From Acidobacteriota bacterium (GTDB lineage Bacteria; Acidobacteriota; UBA6911; JACQSX01), in the NCBI GenBank assembly GCA_036507075.1, contig DASXQR010000088.1:2253-66252 (forward strand): a DNA stretch of 64,000 bases, written 5' to 3'. This document shows, piece by piece, positions 60,040-64,000 of the stretch. Under the pieces are notes generated by a model. It saw only the letters and a program-made list of their open reading frames with translations, was not told where the DNA came from and did not search any database. Numbering within the stretch: position 1 is the stretch's first letter; each line of letters starts with the position of its first letter. The translations under genes and the position numbers were made by a program.

Positions 60040-61320
60040 CTAGCGTCGCAGGAGCGTTTTGATTTCTCCCACCAGGTACAGCGATCCGCACGCCAACAGG
60101 GTTCCGTGCTCGCCTGCGGCCGCCAAGCCGAGCGTGGTGGCCTCTTCGGAGTTGCGCGTCACGGTGCAGGAATTATTCGGGAAGTATTGCTTCAACTGCG
60201 CGGCCGAAGCGCTGCGCGCGTTTTGCACCGGTGTAAGGAAAACCTCCCGGCATAGCGGGGCCAGAATTCCGGCGCAGGCGGCAATCTCCTTGTCCTTCAT
60301 CATGGCGAAAACCAGATGCACTTTCTCGGGGAATTTGTCGCGAATAAATCTGGCGACCGCCTCCATGGCGGGCTGATTGTGCCCCCCATCGATGAAGAAA
60401 ATCGGATGGCTCAGCACCTTTTCCAGGCGTCCCGGAATTTCAGTCGCCTCCAGGGCGGGCGCGATCGCGGCCTTGGGAATTTTCAAACCTGCGGCGGCCA
60501 GCGATTCCACCAGTCTTACCGCAAGCGCCGCATTTGCCGCCTGGTGCTCTCCAAAAAGGCGCAACTGAAATTCGATATTCTCGTGCCCGCAGCGCATTTG
60601 AACGCGGTGGCGCCCCGAGCCGGTATCGCGGCTGGCCCAATGCGTGTCGGCCAGCCTCAAAATGAGGCTCTCGGGCGCCGAGCGGCGGATCGCCTGTTCC
60701 GCCTCGTCGCTCATCAGGCCCAGCCACAACGGCCGGGCCGGTCTGGCAATGCCTGCCTTTTCGCGCGCGATGTCCGGGATGGCGGATCCGAGGATGTCGC
60801 AGTGGTCGCGCCCGACCGTGGTAATGCAGCAAACCAGCGGCTGGGACAGATTGGTGGCATCCAGCCGACCGCCGAGCCCTACTTCCAGTATGGCAATGTC
60901 GACCGACTGTCTTTGGAACGCATGGAAAGCTGCCGTCGTCATCGCCTCGAAATAGGTGAGGTTGCGCGGCAGGGTTTCCGCGTGCGCCAGCTTGTCCTGC
61001 GCGTCGACAACCTGGCTCAGGCTGAAAGCGAAATCCTCCGGCGAGATGGCCGCGCCGTCGATATTGATCCGCTCCAGCACGGATTCCAGGTGGGGAGAAG
61101 TGTAAAGGCCGGTTCGGTAGCCTGCCTGTCGCAGCATGGACGCGGCAAAGCTGCTTACCGAGCCTTTGCCGTTGGTGCCGCCGATCAGCAGCGTGCGGAA
61201 TGAATAATGGGGATTGCCCAGTTCCTGCAGCACGCGCGCCGCCGGCTCGAGGGTGAGCTGCATGTGCAGCACTTCATTGCCGAGCTGCTTCAGGTACGCA
61301 TAGGCTTCAAGTGGGTTCAT
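60040..61320 (-). CDS. folC: Folylpolyglutamate synthase/dihydrofolate synthase
   Basis: GGTNGKGS, YTSPHL, EVGLGGRLDATN, DGGHN, GSLYLVGE. Confidence 0.95.
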   Translation of the reverse strand: MNPLEAYAYLKQLGNEVLHMQLTLEPAARVLQELGNPHYSFRTLLIGGTNGKGSVSSFAASMLRQAGYRTGLYTSPHLESVLERINIDGAAISPEDFAFSLSQVVDAQDKLAHAETLPRNLTYFEAMTTAAFHAFQRQSVDIAILEVGLGGRLDATNLSQPLVCCITTVGRDHCDILGSAIPDIAREKAGIARPARPLWLGLMSDEAEQAIRRSAPESLILRLADTHWASRDTGSGRHRVQMRCGHENIEFQLRLFGEHQAANAALAVRLVESLAAAGLKIPKAAIAPALEATEIPGRLEKVLSHPIFFIDGGHNQPAMEAVARFIRDKFPEKVHLVFAMMKDKEIAACAGILAPLCREVFLTPVQNARSASAAQLKQYFPNNSCTVTRNSEEATTLGLAAAGEHGTLLACGSLYLVGEIKTLLRR

Positions 61321-61392
61321 TGTGCGCCGGGAATTCTCTGTATCCTCCAACAGCTGGCGACTTCTTCCAGCAATATTTCTAGCCGACTTCTA

Positions 61393-61497
61393 AATGCGGA
61401 TTTCGGAATGTGGAATGCGGAATCGGAAACTGACTTATCTCGGCCTTGAAGACCTAACTCGGATATTCCTCATTCCGCATTCCCCATTCCGCATTTG
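61393..61497. repeat. Inverted GAATGCG heptamer arrays between accD and folC
   Basis: AATGCGGATTTCGGAATGTGGAATGCGGAAT ... ATTCCTCATTCCGCATTCCCCATTCCGCATT. Confidence 0.88.
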
Positions 61498-61554
61498 GAA
61501 GTACGATAGAAGATCTTACCGAAAGCAAGAGGTTAGACTTGCCAGGCACAAAGG

Positions 61555-62424
61555 TCACAAAGTGGATGTCGTGCCTCGCACCGGCAGCAGGCGGATGGCC
61601 TGCGCCAGATAATCCCGGAGATCCTTGCGCGGCACAACGGCATCCAGCATTCCGTGCTCCAGCAAAAACTCGGCGCGCTGGAAGCCTTCCGGGAGCTTTT
61701 GACGGATCGTCTGCTCGATCACCCTTGGGCCGGCAAAGCCGATCAGGGCTTTCGGCTCGGCCACGTTCAAGTCTCCCAGCATTGCAAAACTGGCGGTCAC
61801 TCCTCCGGTGGTGGGATCGGTCAGGACCGAAATGTAGGGGATTCCTTCGTTGTCCAGGCGCGCCAGCGCGGCGCTGATCTTGGCCATCTGCATCAGCGAG
61901 AGGGCGCCTTCCATCATGCGGGCGCCGCCGGAAGCGGAAATAATAATCAGCGGGCGCCGCTGCGACAGCGCCGCTTCGATGGCGCGCGTGATCTTTTCGC
62001 CCACCACCGATCCCATGCTGCCGCCGATAAAGCTGTACTCCATGGCGGCCACGATCACGGGAATTCCCGTCAGGCTGCCGCGCGCGTTCAGCACGGCTTC
62101 CTTTTCGCCCGTGCTCTCTTCGGTGGCGGCAAGGCGGTCGCGATAAGACTTTTTGTCGACAAACTCGAGCGGGTCGGCCGATCTCATGTCGGCGTCGAAT
62201 TCCTCGTACCTGCCCTCATCCAGCAGCCACTGCAGGCGCTGGCGCGCGGAAATCTTGAAATGATAGCTGCACTTGGGACAAACTTGCAGATTGCTCTCGA
62301 GATCTTTTTTCCAGATGACCGCCTTGCATTCTTCGCATTTAAGGAACAGGCCTTCGGTGCGGACGCGGCGCTCTTCGGTGGGCGTAGGGTTCTGAATTCC
62401 CTTTTCCTTCTTAAACCAGGCCAT
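61555..62424 (-). CDS. accD: Acetyl-CoA carboxylase carboxyltransferase beta subunit
   Basis: CEEC...CPKC zinc ribbon, GGSMGSVVGEK, SGGARM, PTTGGVTASFA; adjacent to folC. Confidence 0.96.
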   Translation of the reverse strand: MAWFKKEKGIQNPTPTEERRVRTEGLFLKCEECKAVIWKKDLESNLQVCPKCSYHFKISARQRLQWLLDEGRYEEFDADMRSADPLEFVDKKSYRDRLAATEESTGEKEAVLNARGSLTGIPVIVAAMEYSFIGGSMGSVVGEKITRAIEAALSQRRPLIIISASGGARMMEGALSLMQMAKISAALARLDNEGIPYISVLTDPTTGGVTASFAMLGDLNVAEPKALIGFAGPRVIEQTIRQKLPEGFQRAEFLLEHGMLDAVVPRKDLRDYLAQAIRLLPVRGTTSTL

Positions 62425-62447
62425 CCACGAAAATATATTAGAGATTC

Positions 62448-63695
62448 ATGAAAAAGGGAAAGACTTTGCCTCCCGGGGGCGGCAGAAGGCGCGGCAGGAG
62501 AGTGTGGATCCTGCTTGGCGTTCCGCTGGGAATCCTGGCCGTCATCTGGGGCTATTACCACTACCGTTTCTATCGCTTGCACCGGGCGATCGTGGAATTA
62601 AAGACGCTTGACGACTCCACGCCCGGTTTGCAGGACCTGCGCGGGGTGATTCACGCGCACACGGCGGCCGGGGGCCACAGCGTGGGGACGCTGGATCAGA
62701 TCGTGGAGGCGGCGCGCGAGGCGGGGGTCGACTTTGTGGTGATTACCGAACACAACCGGCCGCACGCTTTTTCGGCCCGCTACGAGCAGGCGCCCGGGAC
62801 GCGCCCCATCCTGATCTTCGGCGAGGAGCGGGAAGAAGGAACGGCTCGCGTGCTGGTGGCCGCCGGTCCCGGCGGCGAGGCGCTGCGAGTGGCGGCGCAT
62901 TGGATGTCGGGACCGCAGGAGGGGGTTGCCGAAGTTATCAACCTGCATGAAGAAGCCGAGCAGGCGCCGCGCCTTTTTGCGGCCGCCGCGCTGCTCGGCT
63001 CCCTTCCCGGTTACAGCGGATACTTTCTGCTTCCGGTGCAGAGAGTGTTCCGCGACAAGCTCGAACAGTGGGACGAAATCCTCCGTCGCCGTCGCCTGTG
63101 GGCGGTGGCGGGGAATGATTCGCATGCCAACACCGGCCTGCGGCTGCAGTATTCGAGTGGAAAGCCGCTGCTGGATTTCACCATCGACAAATATGCCGAC
63201 AGTTTCCGCTATCTGAGCACGCACGTACTGCTGCCAAAAAATCAAACTCCTTCGCCGGCGAATATTCTCAATGCTCTGGCGAATGGATCTTCCTACGTTT
63301 GCTTTGACTTTCTCCATCCGCCGAAAGGTTTTCTCTTTGTCGCGAAAGCATCCGCGGCTGCCGCCGCGCCCGCGCCCGCGGCCGCGGCGCGCGCCGTTCC
63401 GGCCGGCGCCACCCTGGCGGTCAGGTCTCCCGTTCCCGCGCGCATCCGCCTGCTGCGCGACGGCGGAACGCTTCGCGAGTCTCCCGACGCGCGCGGGCTG
63501 GAGGAGAAGGCCACAAAACCCGGCGTTTATCGTGTCGAGCTCTACCTGCCCCAGCTTGGCCCTTGGGCGGCCGATACGCCCTGGGTAATCAGCAATCCGA
63601 TTTTTGTAGGCGAAGTTCCGGTTCCCGGTTCGCGGGTCCCGAGTTCCGGATCGCGAATTAAAGATTCAAAATTCAAGGAAGGGAAACCGAAATAG
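62448..63695 (+). CDS. Membrane-anchored PHP-domain metal-dependent hydrolase
   Basis: GVIHAHT, ITEHN, AGNDSH, WVISNPIFV. Confidence 0.82.
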   Translation: MKKGKTLPPGGGRRRGRRVWILLGVPLGILAVIWGYYHYRFYRLHRAIVELKTLDDSTPGLQDLRGVIHAHTAAGGHSVGTLDQIVEAAREAGVDFVVITEHNRPHAFSARYEQAPGTRPILIFGEEREEGTARVLVAAGPGGEALRVAAHWMSGPQEGVAEVINLHEEAEQAPRLFAAAALLGSLPGYSGYFLLPVQRVFRDKLEQWDEILRRRRLWAVAGNDSHANTGLRLQYSSGKPLLDFTIDKYADSFRYLSTHVLLPKNQTPSPANILNALANGSSYVCFDFLHPPKGFLFVAKASAAAAAPAPAAAARAVPAGATLAVRSPVPARIRLLRDGGTLRESPDARGLEEKATKPGVYRVELYLPQLGPWAADTPWVISNPIFVGEVPVPGSRVPSSGSRIKDSKFKEGKPK

Positions 63696-63740
63696 CGAAG
63701 TGTAAGGCCCCGGGCTTAATGCACTGGCTGCTGGCGCGTC

Positions 63741-63899
63741 ACATTGCTTTCACCGCAGAGCCGCAGAGGGCGCCAAGCCGCGCTGAGCTTTGCCTTTGCA
63801 ACTCTGCGGAAACTCGGCGCCCTCCGCGCCTCTGCGGTGAAAGCAATGTAGCCGTCTAGGCCAACCCGCAACCCGTCAACCCGCAACCCGCCAACCCCC
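63741..63899. repeat. CGCAGAG-type hairpin (63741-63849) followed by a CAACCCG heptamer array
   Basis: ACATTGCTTTCACCGCAGAG ... CTCTGCGGTGAAAGCAATGT; (CAACCCG)n at ~63862-63899. Confidence 0.85.
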
Positions 63900-63926
63900 A
63901 GCGGAGCGCTGTGCTAGAATGCCTCG

Positions 63927-64000
63927 GTGGACAATCTCAGCCTTTTTTCCGAGAAAAAGATTTACACCGTTTCCGAGCTGGCTTTTGAAGCCAAGGCCTT
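63927..64000 (+). CDS. xseA: Probable 5' end of exodeoxyribonuclease VII large subunit (runs off the window)
   Basis: GTG start, MDNLSLFSEKKIYTVSELAFEAKA resembles the XseA N-terminus (IYTVSEL). Confidence 0.6.
   Translation, partial: MDNLSLFSEKKIYTVSELAFEAKA

Noticed and set aside
46344-62424. Malate synthase plus carboxylases as a carbon-fixation cluster
   Set aside because: Genes are dispersed, on different strands and are common housekeeping enzymes; no malonyl-CoA reductase or other diagnostic gene is present

Overview
GC-rich bacterial chromosomal window, most likely Acidobacteriota (inferred from the ADOP-type duplicated ABC permease, a CRTAC1/ASPIC-UnbV remnant and large secreted SBBP, CARDB and glycoside hydrolase proteins). 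The left ~50 kb is accessory: secreted multidomain proteins, a Fic gene, three type II toxin-antitoxin pairs, an orphan EhpF/EhpG (GriC/GriD)-like pair, hydrolases and several gene remnants. The right end is housekeeping: fsa/tal, acyl-CoA carboxylase beta, biotin carboxylase, biotin carrier, folC, accD and the start of xseA. I saw no rRNA, tRNA, CRISPR array or intact transposase. Four signals are missed by the ORF track. (1) A secreted UxxC selenoprotein peroxiredoxin with a SECIS-like hairpin (35894-36544). (2) A candidate RGPP ribosome-arrest leader whose codons just after the arrest motif form an exact anti-SD for the next small membrane gene (17274-17883). (3) A dense, nested set of intergenic elements built from inverted 6-, 7- and 8/9-nt microsatellite arrays; these include a fixed-frame element with a swappable repeat core and 5-bp flanking duplications, and a heptamer-flanked four-helix-bundle gene wedged between the stop and start codons of two carboxylase genes. 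(4) Several genes bracketed by inward-facing inverted repeats, and several genes truncated at such repeats. All protein family calls come from motif recognition, not database searches.
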